Shown: piece by piece, positions 19,619-28,949 of the stretch
Numbering within the stretch: the stretch's first letter is position 1
Layout: every line of letters starts with the position of its first letter
Source of the DNA: Bdellovibrio sp.
Lineage (GTDB): Bacteria > Bdellovibrionota > Bdellovibrionia > Bdellovibrionales > Bdellovibrionaceae
Assembly (NCBI GenBank): GCA_036676395.1
Contig: JAKFCY010000002.1
Location: forward strand, 1,376,001-1,440,000
Length of the DNA: 64,000 nt
Direction of reading: 5' to 3'
Made by a program: the position numbers and the translations under genes
Notes under the pieces: generated by a model
The model's database searches: none
Told to the model about the DNA's origin: nothing
Seen by the model: the letters and a program-made list of their open reading frames with translations, nothing else

Positions 19619-20424
19619 AATTTCTTTCTTAAGGAATAGATTGTTTGCGGAAGAAGTTTTACCAAGTCGCTGGCCATCAGAGAGAGCGAATCTTTGCCTT
19701 TTATCCAGCGATCAGCCATATGACCATGTAGACCACAAGCTAATACGCACGCGTTAATTGGTTTTAACCCCTGAGATAGAAAGCCGGTAATCATGCCAGT
19801 AAGAACATCACCAGTGCCAGCCTTTGCTAGCGCTTGGTTTCCAGTTTGAATTTCATAAATGTTTTGTGCCTTGGCAATTAAAGTATGGTGACCTTTTAAG
19901 ATCACAATACCGCCGAAATTTTGTTGCGCAAGCTTTACAGCTTTAAGACGATCCGCACGAATTTCATCGGCTGTGATTTTTAATAGTTTCGCCATTTCAC
20001 CTTCATGAGGTGTGATGATCCAGTTGTCGGGTAGTTGTTTAACCAGTGGTAAGGCGCTGGCATCAATGACCACAGATTGTGTAAATGTTTTTTTTAGGTG
20101 TAAAAACATTTTTTTTATTTCTGGAGTTAGTCTTAGGCCTGGTCCGATCGCGATCGACGAAAAGGGTTGTAGATTTAAATTCGCTGTCAGTTTCAACGTC
20201 AAAAAATCCGGATACAAATTTAGATCTTTAGTTTCTGCGGGTAGATAGACGTAACCAGCGCCAACACGGTACGCCGCCAAGCCGCAAAGAAAGCTTGCTC
20301 CCCAAAGGCCTTCTGAACCCGCAATAATTAGGCATTTACCGCTATCATGTTTATGAGCAAACTGAGTTCGTCGTGGTAAAAGAGCGGGCAAATCTTTTTT
20401 TGTGATACGTATTACTGATGCCAT
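19615..20424 (-). CDS. nnrD: ADP/ATP-dependent NAD(P)HX dehydratase (YjeF C-terminal domain only)
   Basis: HK..SGKCLIIAGS, GAGYV, IGPGL, TPHEGE, LKG, AGTGDVLTG. Confidence 0.9.
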   Translation of the reverse strand: MASVIRITKKDLPALLPRRTQFAHKHDSGKCLIIAGSEGLWGASFLCGLAAYRVGAGYVYLPAETKDLNLYPDFLTLKLTANLNLQPFSSIAIGPGLRLTPEIKKMFLHLKKTFTQSVVIDASALPLVKQLPDNWIITPHEGEMAKLLKITADEIRADRLKAVKLAQQNFGGIVILKGHHTLIAKAQNIYEIQTGNQALAKAGTGDVLTGMITGFLSQGLKPINACVLACGLHGHMADRWIKGKDSLSLMASDLVKLLPQTIYSLRKKL

Positions 20425-20471
20425 CTAACGTAAAGCATTGCAGATTAAGTGCCATATGCTACCAATTATAT

Positions 20472-20888
20472 ATGTCTAATCAGCTTTTTCTTAAAACTGC
20501 GTTGTTAATCGCTTTCGTTGCCACCGCGGGAAGTTTGTTTTTTAGTGAAGTCATGAGTCTTCCGCCCTGCGTTTTGTGCTGGTATCAGCGCATCATGATG
20601 TATCCATTGATTTTAATTTTCGGTGTGGGACTTTTTCGTAACGCGAAAGAGTCATTTATCTACGCTCTGGCTTTAAGTTGCACAGGTTTAGTGATCGCGA
20701 TTTATCATAACCTTTTATATTACCATTTGATTCCTGAAAGCATTACTCCTTGCACTTCAGGGGTGTCTTGCACTTCGCGACAAATCGAGTGGCTTGGTTT
20801 TATCACGATTCCAATGCTGTCGCTGATCGCATTTATCTTAATTACAGTTATTGGGTTTAAAGTTTTAAAGAATAAGGAAAACAAATAA
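20472..20888 (+). CDS. dsbB: Disulfide bond formation protein, DsbB family (BdbC-like)
   Basis: GSLFFSEV..LPPCVLCWYQRI.MYP, second Cys pair, GFITIP.LSL; start set at 20472. Confidence 0.88.
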   Translation: MSNQLFLKTALLIAFVATAGSLFFSEVMSLPPCVLCWYQRIMMYPLILIFGVGLFRNAKESFIYALALSCTGLVIAIYHNLLYYHLIPESITPCTSGVSCTSRQIEWLGFITIPMLSLIAFILITVIGFKVLKNKENK

Positions 20889-21520
20889 TGAAAAAGAATA
20901 TTATTTTTTTAGTTGCAGTTATTGCTGTTGTTGCAGGAATTTTTGCGTTCATGCGTTCACAGTACCGCGAACAAAAACAAGATGTTGTAAACACACAAGC
21001 TTCAGAGCATTTGCTTCGTGATAATCATCCATCAATCGGTGATGCGGCAGCAAAAGTAACTATCATTGAGTTTCTTGACCCAGAATGCGAAGCCTGCGCC
21101 GCTGTTGATCCGACAATAAAAGGTTTAGTTAAAGAATTCGACGGTCAAGTTTATTACGTTGTTCGCTATATGCCATTACATAAGAATTCAATGTTAGCCG
21201 CAGCAGCTCTTGAAGAAACCAGAGTCTCAGGAAAATACTTTCAAGCCCTTTCAACGTTATTTTATGCTCAGCCGCAATGGGCATCGCACCATGATCCAAA
21301 ACCTGAGCTGATCGCGGTGATTTTAAAAAAATTAGATATTGATATTATGGATATTAAACCCAGTGACTTGATTGAAAAACATCGCGCCCACATTGAACGT
21401 GATCAGGCCGATGGTAAGGCGTTAGGCGTGATGGGAACTCCGACTTTATTCATCAACGGTCAGATCGTTGATGATATGAGTTATCAGGGGTTGAAGGCAC
21501 GCATCCAAAGTTTGCTGTAG
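20888..21520 (+). CDS. dsbA: DsbA-family thiol-disulfide oxidoreductase (BdbD-like)
   Basis: N-terminal anchor, EFLDPECEAC, GVMGTPTLFING. Confidence 0.85.
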   Translation: MKKNIIFLVAVIAVVAGIFAFMRSQYREQKQDVVNTQASEHLLRDNHPSIGDAAAKVTIIEFLDPECEACAAVDPTIKGLVKEFDGQVYYVVRYMPLHKNSMLAAAALEETRVSGKYFQALSTLFYAQPQWASHHDPKPELIAVILKKLDIDIMDIKPSDLIEKHRAHIERDQADGKALGVMGTPTLFINGQIVDDMSYQGLKARIQSLL

Positions 21521-21552
21521 ATGCCCGCGCTTCCGATGTGTCAAGCGCGAAA

Positions 21553-21584
21553 AAATCCTGCGACCATTAATGATTGCAGGATTT
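21553..21584. terminator. Hairpin between convergent genes
   Basis: AAATCCTGCGACCA-TTAA-TGATTGCAGGATTT. Confidence 0.55.
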
Positions 21585-21619
21585 AAAATTTACGATTTCA
21601 AAATGAAGTGGTTTTAATA

Positions 21620-22570
21620 CTAGTTGTTAGTTTTTCCATGTCCAGATTGACGATCTGTTGATGGTCTAGTTTGATCTGCATGTGATTTTTCATCGACCAT
21701 TTGTTCCATTTTAGTATTTAAAGCTCTAAGTTTTTCTGGTTCCTTACAAAGAAGCCTTCTTGTTGCTAACTCAGCAGCTCCAATATCACTATGATTAAAC
21801 AATTCCATAGACTTATTTATCGCGCCCGATTCTGAACTATCTAAAATGATTTTATTGGATTTCGTTTTTAGAAAAAGTTTTCCCTTTTCACATATGATTT
21901 CATTCCCGCGCCATTTACGAATTCCCAGTTTAATTACTGTATCCGAAGCAGCCGCTAAAACTACAGCGGCTCCAGCCGCTACAGCAGCACCACCTGCTGA
22001 GCCGGAGCCTAATAAAGGAAGGATTGCGGCCGCTCCTGACAATGACATTAAACCAACATAAGCGCCAGCAGCAACAATTGCACCACCTGCGCCCTTACTA
22101 GGTTCAGCAGCCTGGGCAGATGTAAAAAACAAAGCAGGCAATCTATTTTTAACAGAATATGACGCTGTTTTGTTTGTCATAAACAAAATAAATTTATCAG
22201 CTTCTGAGATAGAAAGAGTTTTGCTTTTAAAGCGAAAATAGGTATAGCCATCATAAACTTCACCCTTATGAAGGTTTGTTAGATCTAACTTTTTATTAAG
22301 ACCCTCAAATTTTATATAATTTCCCTCTAAGCTAACTTTAGGCAATTCGGTATTTTCTTGAAGACCAAAATTTGATTTGAATTGCGACCAATTGGCATCC
22401 GAATTTGTAGCCATTTTGACTAATCCAGCATAGGTTCCAATCGACTTATATGTTGAAAATAAAACTGCATAGTCCTTGTTAGATAAATTTTTTGTCGCAA
22501 GATTTTCTTTTGCTAACACAGGGCCTGCAAACAATAATATTGAAAAAATTAAATTAAAAAAATGAATCAT
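21620..22570 (-). CDS. Secreted hypothetical protein with a Gly/Ala-rich hydrophobic segment
   Basis: Signal peptide, AGGAG RBS, ACCGATAA (FliA -10-like) at 22593-22600. Confidence 0.75.
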   Translation of the reverse strand: MIHFFNLIFSILLFAGPVLAKENLATKNLSNKDYAVLFSTYKSIGTYAGLVKMATNSDANWSQFKSNFGLQENTELPKVSLEGNYIKFEGLNKKLDLTNLHKGEVYDGYTYFRFKSKTLSISEADKFILFMTNKTASYSVKNRLPALFFTSAQAAEPSKGAGGAIVAAGAYVGLMSLSGAAAILPLLGSGSAGGAAVAAGAAVVLAAASDTVIKLGIRKWRGNEIICEKGKLFLKTKSNKIILDSSESGAINKSMELFNHSDIGAAELATRRLLCKEPEKLRALNTKMEQMVDEKSHADQTRPSTDRQSGHGKTNN

Positions 22571-22927
22571 AAACTACTCCTAAGTTATTTACTTATCGGT
22601 GCAAAAGTATTTCGCCATAGTCTAACTTGACCTATATCAAGTCCAGTTCTTGTGCTTTAGTATCTAAATTAAATGTCAGAAAAGCTCAAATTCAGTGAAA
22701 CGGCTTTAAATTATCGCAGTGCCAGCTGCGCGAGAAGGAGTAGGGATTCGATTCTGCACTGATAAACCTTTTTTCGCAAAAGCAGTTTGGCTTAAGTCTT
22801 CAGAAGCCCTCTGTGAAGTTCAATATGAATTTGATTTTCAATTGCGTGATAAACTAATCTGTCGACTCCAGGTGACTCGCTAAAAAATCATCTTGAAAAG
22901 ACTAGGAAAATTAAGTAGTTATAATCT

Positions 22928-23773
22928 ATGCCAGAACTTCCCGAGGTCGAGATCGTCGTCCGTAATTTAAATGATATCGTGATCGGTAAAAAGCTGATCG
23001 CCACCCAACTTTGGCGTAAGGATATTCGTTTTCCGTTGCCGGCTAAGATTTTTCAAAAGGTGATAGAGGGTAAGAATAAACTTCTGAACATTCATCGCCG
23101 GGCGAAGTTTATCGTTATAGAGTTTGCCGATTATTTAATCATCTCGCATCTTGGGATGACAGGTAGCTGGAACACTCATAAGGGCATGTTGTCCCAGTAT
23201 TCCCCAAAAAAACATGACCATTTGGCCTTTGGTTTTTCAGATAAGAAACATAAAGAGTTGTGGCTTATTTACAACGATCCACGCCGTTTTGGTTTTGTAC
23301 ATGCGATTCGTAAACAAGACTTTGCCACGTATTTTTCAGATTACGGGGTTGAGCCGCTCGAGATGACCGAGACACAAATTGAAGATCTTTATAAGATAGC
23401 TAAGCATTCAAAAACCCCAGTGAAATCGTTTATTATGAACCAAAAAAATATCGTCGGCGTTGGCAATATTTACGCCTGCGAAGCCTTGTTTTTGGCCGAA
23501 ATAAACCCTTTTAAGATTTCTTCAAAGGTCAAAAAAGAATCATTCGTAAAACTGATCGCCGCGATCAAAAAAAACCTTAAACAAGCCATTTCAAAAGGCG
23601 GATCGAGTATTAAAAACTATAGAAATGTGAATGAAGAAGAAGGCAGTTTTCAAAAATCGCACTTGGTTTATGGTAAAGAAAAGCAGAAGTGCAGTCGGTG
23701 CAAAACCGGAATCATTCAGCGAAAAGTTCAAGCGGGTCGTTCAACTTTTTTTTGTAGTGCTTGCCAAAGGTAG
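22928..23773 (+). CDS. mutM: Formamidopyrimidine-DNA glycosylase
   Basis: MPELPEVE, HLGMTG, DPRRFG, GVGNIYACE, C-terminal zinc finger. Confidence 0.97.
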   Translation: MPELPEVEIVVRNLNDIVIGKKLIATQLWRKDIRFPLPAKIFQKVIEGKNKLLNIHRRAKFIVIEFADYLIISHLGMTGSWNTHKGMLSQYSPKKHDHLAFGFSDKKHKELWLIYNDPRRFGFVHAIRKQDFATYFSDYGVEPLEMTETQIEDLYKIAKHSKTPVKSFIMNQKNIVGVGNIYACEALFLAEINPFKISSKVKKESFVKLIAAIKKNLKQAISKGGSSIKNYRNVNEEEGSFQKSHLVYGKEKQKCSRCKTGIIQRKVQAGRSTFFCSACQR

Positions 23774-23846
23774 GTAATTATGAGTATTTTTATCTTACAC
23801 ATTTTAAAAAACAATAACCTTTACGGGTTTAACAAAAGGACTTTCC

Positions 23847-24071
23847 ATGAAAGCATTATTAGTAACAGCTTTATTAGCATTATCATTCACAACAGGTTTT
23901 ACTTGTTCTAAAAACGCTCCAGAAGCAGCAGCTCCAACTGAAGCAACTCAGCCTACAGCTGAAGCTACTCCAGCAGCTCCAACTGAAGGTGCTGTAGCTC
24001 CAACTGAAGGCGCAGCAGCAACTACAGCTCCTACAGAAACTCCAGCAGCAGCTCCAACTGAAACTAAGTAA
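23847..24071 (+). CDS. Small exported Ala/Pro/Thr/Glu-rich protein
   Basis: AAAGGA RBS, signal peptide, APTE repeats, own terminator. Confidence 0.8.
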   Translation: MKALLVTALLALSFTTGFTCSKNAPEAAAPTEATQPTAEATPAAPTEGAVAPTEGAAATTAPTETPAAAPTETK

Positions 24072-24101
24072 TTAGTTTTATTTAGCTCTTTGCTAAGTAT
24101 G

Positions 24102-24135
24102 AAAAGCCAGTCGCAAGACTGGCTTTTTCTTTTTC
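24102..24135 (+). terminator. Rho-independent terminator
   Basis: AAAAGCCAGTC-GCAA-GACTGGCTTTT followed by a T-rich tract. Confidence 0.9.
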
Positions 24136-24331
24136 TTTCATGTAGTTCTCTACAAATCTTGTTTAGTTCTTAGAGCTAATGCTCGACCATCTCGATACAA
24201 TGCACGCCACATCACCAATGCTGTTTAAAGCAAGCTCGAGTAACATAGGTTTTTTGCTCTAGAGAAACCCCCTTGTCAGACGTAATAGAAGGTGCTGAAA
24301 TAAATGTATATTTATACATCAAGGAGTTTTC

Positions 24332-26839
24332 GTGGAAGCACTACTAACCTATCAAGGATTTTTAACGAGCTGCGGGCCTATGTGGGCGCTGATCGTTGGA
24401 TCAATTTTTATTCTACTTTTCATCGGCTTTTTTGATCTGCCGTTGTTTGTTTGGGCGGTGGTTTCTGTCGGTTTACTATTCGGCTTAGGCGCGCCTAGTG
24501 CGGTAACTGCAGTTGTTGCAGCATTATTTATTTTATTCTTAATCAAGCCAATCAGAACCTTGTTAATTTCATCTCCGTTAATGAAATTGATGAAAGGCAT
24601 TATGCCAAACATCTCGCAAACCGAGCGTACGGCGCTTGAGGCTGGCGTAGTTTGGATCGAAAAAGACTTGTTCTCAGGGCGACCTGATTTTAAAAAAATC
24701 TTGGCTGAACCGTACGCAAAGCTTACTGCTGAAGAGCAAGCGTTCATGGATGGTCCAGTTGAAGAGCTTTGTAAAATGGCAAATCCTTGGAAAATCTGGC
24801 GTAACCGTGAAATGCCGCAAGAAATGTGGCAATTCGTAAAAGACAAAGGCTTTTTAGGAATGATCATTCCTAAAGAATACGGTGGTCTAGGTTTTTCTAA
24901 TATGGCGCACTCTGAAGTGGTCATGAAATTATCGACGCGTTCTATTTCAGCTTCAATCTCTGTGATGGTGCCGAACTCTTTAGGGCCTGCAGAATTATTA
25001 ATTCACTACGGAACAGAAGCGCAAAAAAATCACTGGTTACCTCGTTTAGCTAAAGGCCAAGAGATTCCATGTTTCGGCCTAACAGAGCCCTTAGCTGGTT
25101 CTGATGCCGGATCAATTACTTCTTCTGGAGTAGTTTTTAAAGACACTGACGGTAAATTAAAAATCAAATTAAACTGGAACAAACGTTGGATTACATTGGC
25201 GTCTGTTTCAACAGTGATCGGTATGGCTTTCCGTTTACGCGATCCAGAAAATCTATTAGGCAAAGGCGAAGACCTAGGTATCACTTGCGCACTTGTTCCT
25301 TCAAGCACTCCGGGTGTGATCAATGATCGTCGCCATGATCCTTTATCGATTCCTTTCCACAATTGTCCGACGCAAGGTAAAGACGTTGTTATCACAGTTG
25401 AAGACTCAGTCGTTGGCGGAGCTGAAGGCTGCGGTAAAGGTTGGGGCATGTTAATGGAATGTTTGGCTGCAGGTCGCGGCGTTTCGTTGCCGGCGCAATC
25501 AACGGGTGGCTTAAAACTTTGTTACCGTACAGCTTCTTCACACGCTTTTATTCGTAAACAATTTGGTCTTTCAATCGGTAAATTTGAAGGTGTTGAAGAG
25601 CCAATGGCTCGTATCGGCGCTAAAGCTTACGGCTTAGATGCGGCTCGTAGATTTACATTAGGCGCATTAGATAAAGGTGTAAAACCTCCGGTAGTCACAG
25701 CAATGATGAAATACCACGCCACAGAAATGTCTCGTTCTGCAGTGAATGATTGTATGGATATCATGGGCGGCGCGGGGATTTCTTTAGGACAAAGAAATTT
25801 AATCGCTGAAGGTTACGTAGCCATGCCAATCGGTATTACGGTTGAAGGGGCTAACATCATGACAAGAACTTTGATCATCTTTGGTCAAGGGGCTTTACGT
25901 TGTCATCCTTACGCGTTTGACGAAGTTCGTGCTGTTGAAGCGGGTGATGCAAAAGCATTTGATACCGCTTTCTGGGGCCACATCGGTCACGTTGTATCGA
26001 ACCTTTGCCGTTCTAAATTATTATCATTATCTCGTGGTTACTTAGCGTGCGCTCCATCAGGAGTTCATCCTAAAACAAAAATCCACTACCGTCGTTTACA
26101 ATGGGCTTCAGCAACTTTTGCTATTTTAGCTGACGTTGCAATGGGTACATTAGGCGGACAATTAAAATTAAAAGAAAAAATCACTGGTCGTTTTGCAGAT
26201 ATTTTTTCGCATATGTACTTATCGACTGCAGCACTTCGTCGTTTCGAAGAAGAAGGTCAACGTGAAGAAGATCTTCCTTATTTACAGTATTTCTTAAAAG
26301 ATCAAATGGCGCAGATCCAAAAATCATTTGATGGATTATTTGATAACTTAAAACTAGATGTACCAGTTATCGGCGGCATCTACCGTTTTATCATGAAAGA
26401 CATCTTAGGCGCATGGTCTCGCATTAATTCAATCGGTTCACAAGGTACAGATGGTTGGTCACACTTAATCACAGCATCGATGATGAAAGCTGGCGAACAA
26501 CGCGACCGTATCACTGATGGTATTTACTGGTGCACTGAAAGAGGCCAAGGCCCTGCAGAAGTGATTGCCCGTTTATCAAAAGGTGATCAAACAGCGCGTT
26601 TAGAAAATGCATTTAACGTAGTAACTCGCGCCGAAGCTGCCGAGAAAAAAATCCGTGCAGCAATCAAAGCTGGATCTATTCCTAAGAAAAAAGGAAAAGG
26701 CTCTTGGGATGACGCTTTAGCCAGAAAGATCATTTCACAAGACGAATTCAACTTACTATCAGAGGCAGATAAAGTACGTTTCGATGCGATCTTGGTAGAT
26801 GATTTCTCTGAGAGCGAATACCAAAATAAACTTCCATAG
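24332..26839 (+). CDS. fadE: Acyl-CoA dehydrogenase, membrane-anchored FadE type
   Basis: ISQTERTALEAG, VMVPNSLGPAELL, FGLTEPLAGSDAG, ITVEGANI, C-terminal DUF1974-like region. Confidence 0.92.
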   Translation: MEALLTYQGFLTSCGPMWALIVGSIFILLFIGFFDLPLFVWAVVSVGLLFGLGAPSAVTAVVAALFILFLIKPIRTLLISSPLMKLMKGIMPNISQTERTALEAGVVWIEKDLFSGRPDFKKILAEPYAKLTAEEQAFMDGPVEELCKMANPWKIWRNREMPQEMWQFVKDKGFLGMIIPKEYGGLGFSNMAHSEVVMKLSTRSISASISVMVPNSLGPAELLIHYGTEAQKNHWLPRLAKGQEIPCFGLTEPLAGSDAGSITSSGVVFKDTDGKLKIKLNWNKRWITLASVSTVIGMAFRLRDPENLLGKGEDLGITCALVPSSTPGVINDRRHDPLSIPFHNCPTQGKDVVITVEDSVVGGAEGCGKGWGMLMECLAAGRGVSLPAQSTGGLKLCYRTASSHAFIRKQFGLSIGKFEGVEEPMARIGAKAYGLDAARRFTLGALDKGVKPPVVTAMMKYHATEMSRSAVNDCMDIMGGAGISLGQRNLIAEGYVAMPIGITVEGANIMTRTLIIFGQGALRCHPYAFDEVRAVEAGDAKAFDTAFWGHIGHVVSNLCRSKLLSLSRGYLACAPSGVHPKTKIHYRRLQWASATFAILADVAMGTLGGQLKLKEKITGRFADIFSHMYLSTAALRRFEEEGQREEDLPYLQYFLKDQMAQIQKSFDGLFDNLKLDVPVIGGIYRFIMKDILGAWSRINSIGSQGTDGWSHLITASMMKAGEQRDRITDGIYWCTERGQGPAEVIARLSKGDQTARLENAFNVVTRAEAAEKKIRAAIKAGSIPKKKGKGSWDDALARKIISQDEFNLLSEADKVRFDAILVDDFSESEYQNKLP

Positions 26840-26871
26840 GTGCCAGGCCCTGTTTCTGGTCACATCGCAAC

Positions 26872-26904
26872 AAAAAAAAGGCGACCATCGGGTCGCCTTT
26901 TTTT
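26872..26904. terminator. Bidirectional rho-independent terminator
   Basis: A8-GGCGACC-ATCG-GGTCGCC-T7 between convergent genes. Confidence 0.92.
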
Positions 26905-26930
26905 ATCACAAATATTTAAAGCTAAAATGA

Positions 26931-27584
26931 CTAGAACTTGATTAAGCCATTGCCTAAAGAAAGTTGCGTCGATTCTTTAGAAGCAAAAACGTAGTAAGTA
27001 ACCGAAGAGTTTTGTTTATTCGTCGACTGAATTGATTTCTCCGTTAACATTTGGCTTGGATCAATCACTAATTGACCATCAACTGTTTGCAAATCAGCAG
27101 TTAAATATAAGTAGCCGTTAAACGGAGATAGGTAAGTCGCTACTTTTTCATAATCAAACGGGGCTTTTGCCGGAAGTAAAATCGCTTCGTTTAAACCTAA
27201 AGTGGCATAGAGTGATTGGTTGCCAGAAAATTTATGAATATTAGTTTCGCAAGTTTCATCTTCAGATTGAATTGAAATAGATGCAGAGATTGTTCTTGCC
27301 GTAGTGAAAGTCCAACCAGTTTTTATATCAGTTAAAGTAAATAACATTTGGCCGATTTCAAATTTAGCCGAAGTTACGCAGAATAAATCATTATCATCAC
27401 GGTGAGTAGAATAAGCTAAACCACTAATCGACTTTGTCGTCTTCGGTGTGAAAGTGGCGCTCATCTCATAAAGACCAGCGTTTGTTTTTCCGTAAAGATT
27501 TGTGAAGTCTAAGGCTGCTTTTTGAGTAAAAGCATTAACGTTAATTGATACTGTGAAAGCGGCTAAGGCTAAAAGAAGTTTCAT
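26931..27584 (-). CDS. Secreted hypothetical protein
   Basis: Signal peptide ending VNA, GGGAGA RBS, beta-rich. Confidence 0.75.
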   Translation of the reverse strand: MKLLLALAAFTVSINVNAFTQKAALDFTNLYGKTNAGLYEMSATFTPKTTKSISGLAYSTHRDDNDLFCVTSAKFEIGQMLFTLTDIKTGWTFTTARTISASISIQSEDETCETNIHKFSGNQSLYATLGLNEAILLPAKAPFDYEKVATYLSPFNGYLYLTADLQTVDGQLVIDPSQMLTEKSIQSTNKQNSSVTYYVFASKESTQLSLGNGLIKF

Positions 27585-27632
27585 ATGGTTGTCTCCCTGA
27601 TGCCCTGTTTATGCCAGCTTGGTTGGTATCGC

Positions 27633-28058
27633 TCAAGTCAGGGTTTTGTTAGCACTCATGAAATAATAGCCAATTCCCACTATAATCGCTGCCGGTAATC
27701 CAATAAGGCCTAACCAGTAGATTGGCTTGATAAAATAATCAAAAGCTTGTGAAGCGAATGAGGCTTCGCCAGACATATTCATTAAATTAAGCAGTGATCC
27801 TGTAATAGCGCCGCTTGAGAAGATAAAAATAGGAATCACCACGCCTTTATAAAGCAAGGATTGTCTTTGAATTGTTTTATCACACCATTTAGCAACGATA
27901 ATCACTGTCCAGATACCGGCAAAAATAGGAATAAAGCCATTGTATTTTGAAAATGAAAACATCAGCTGAAAAAATTGTTTGTCCATAATTGCATACGCCG
28001 TGATAGCAGCAATCACTAAACCAAGAAGACTGCCAAAAAAGTAATAATTTTTTTTCAT
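27633..28058 (-). CDS. Hypothetical membrane protein (4 TM)
   Basis: 141-aa hydrophobic ORF with AAGGA RBS. Confidence 0.7.
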   Translation of the reverse strand: MKKNYYFFGSLLGLVIAAITAYAIMDKQFFQLMFSFSKYNGFIPIFAGIWTVIIVAKWCDKTIQRQSLLYKGVVIPIFIFSSGAITGSLLNLMNMSGEASFASQAFDYFIKPIYWLGLIGLPAAIIVGIGYYFMSANKTLT

Positions 28059-28067
28059 GATTGATCC

Positions 28068-28454
28068 TTAAGTGAAAATGATGGCTTTACCGATTGGCGC
28101 AAACGAGATTTTAGCTAACTTAAAATGCTGTAATCCCCAAGGCAGACCAATGATTGTAATGCTAAATAATAAACCCCAGAAAATATGAAGCGCGGCTAAC
28201 CACCAACCGCAGAATACAAACCACAAGATATTACCCAAAGTGCCAAGTGAGCCTGTGCCAATGTCTGACCCGATGCGAGTTTGCACACTTGAACCAAAAG
28301 GCCATAAGTTTAATAAACCTATATTAAAAGCTGCACGCGCCCACGGAATTCCAACAATTGAAATCACCATAAAAAGAGCTGAAGTAAACCAAGATAAGGC
28401 CGTCGTCCAACCGCCAAAAAATAACCACAATAAGTTTAATAACACATTCATCAT
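28068..28454 (-). CDS. yccF: YccF-domain inner membrane protein
   Basis: Duplicated NxLWxxxGGW...IxIxGxP...L.PxG repeat. Confidence 0.85.
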   Translation of the reverse strand: MMNVLLNLLWLFFGGWTTALSWFTSALFMVISIVGIPWARAAFNIGLLNLWPFGSSVQTRIGSDIGTGSLGTLGNILWFVFCGWWLAALHIFWGLLFSITIIGLPWGLQHFKLAKISFAPIGKAIIFT

Positions 28455-28949
28455 TTAAATTTTCATCCTTTTAACAGTAGTGCTTTGATCAAGACGAAAC
28501 TTTTCTAGTTTTTTTGCGATGTCTTGATTTTCAATCGCTAACATTTGTAGAGCTAATAAGCCTGCGTTAGCAGAATTTCCAATCGATACCGTCGCCACAG
28601 GCACACCTTTTGGCATTTGCACGATTGAAAGTAAGCTATCCATACCATCTAGTGATTTAGATTTTACCGGCACGCCGATAACGGGCAGGGTGGTGTAACT
28701 GGCAGTCATTCCGGGTAAGTGAGCAGCACCACCAGCACCTGCGATAATCACTTTGATTCCGTTATCACGGGCATTCATTGCAAATTCACGCATATCATCC
28801 GGAGTTCTATGCGCTGATAAAACTTTTTTTTCAAAAGGAATTTTAAAATCAGTTAAGACTTCGCAAGCGGCTTTCATGGTCTCCCAATCAGATTGGCTTC
28901 CCATAATAACAGCAACTTGAGCTTTTGATTTTTTAATGGTTTTTTTCAT
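28455..28949 (-). CDS. purE: N5-CAIR mutase
   Basis: [38 protein letters not shown]. Confidence 0.97.
   Translation of the reverse strand: MKKTIKKSKAQVAVIMGSQSDWETMKAACEVLTDFKIPFEKKVLSAHRTPDDMREFAMNARDNGIKVIIAGAGGAAHLPGMTASYTTLPVIGVPVKSKSLDGMDSLLSIVQMPKGVPVATVSIGNSANAGLLALQMLAIENQDIAKKLEKFRLDQSTTVKRMKI

Noticed and set aside
23920..24062. CRISPR-like or VNTR array
   Set aside because: Repeats are short, in-frame, protein-coding and irregularly spaced; no cas genes
24352..25449. 190-aa and 139-aa antisense ORFs
   Set aside because: Shadows of fadE on the opposite strand with no recognisable motifs; the same applies to the other short ORFs nested inside large genes
26838..26858. REP-like GGTGCCAGGC element after fadE
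   Set aside because: Single imperfect copy in the window, so it cannot be established as a repeat
27601..27616. Sigma54-like TGGCA-N-GC motif upstream of 26931..27584
   Set aside because: Lacks the TTGC -12 consensus, and the implied TSS would fall downstream of the RBS
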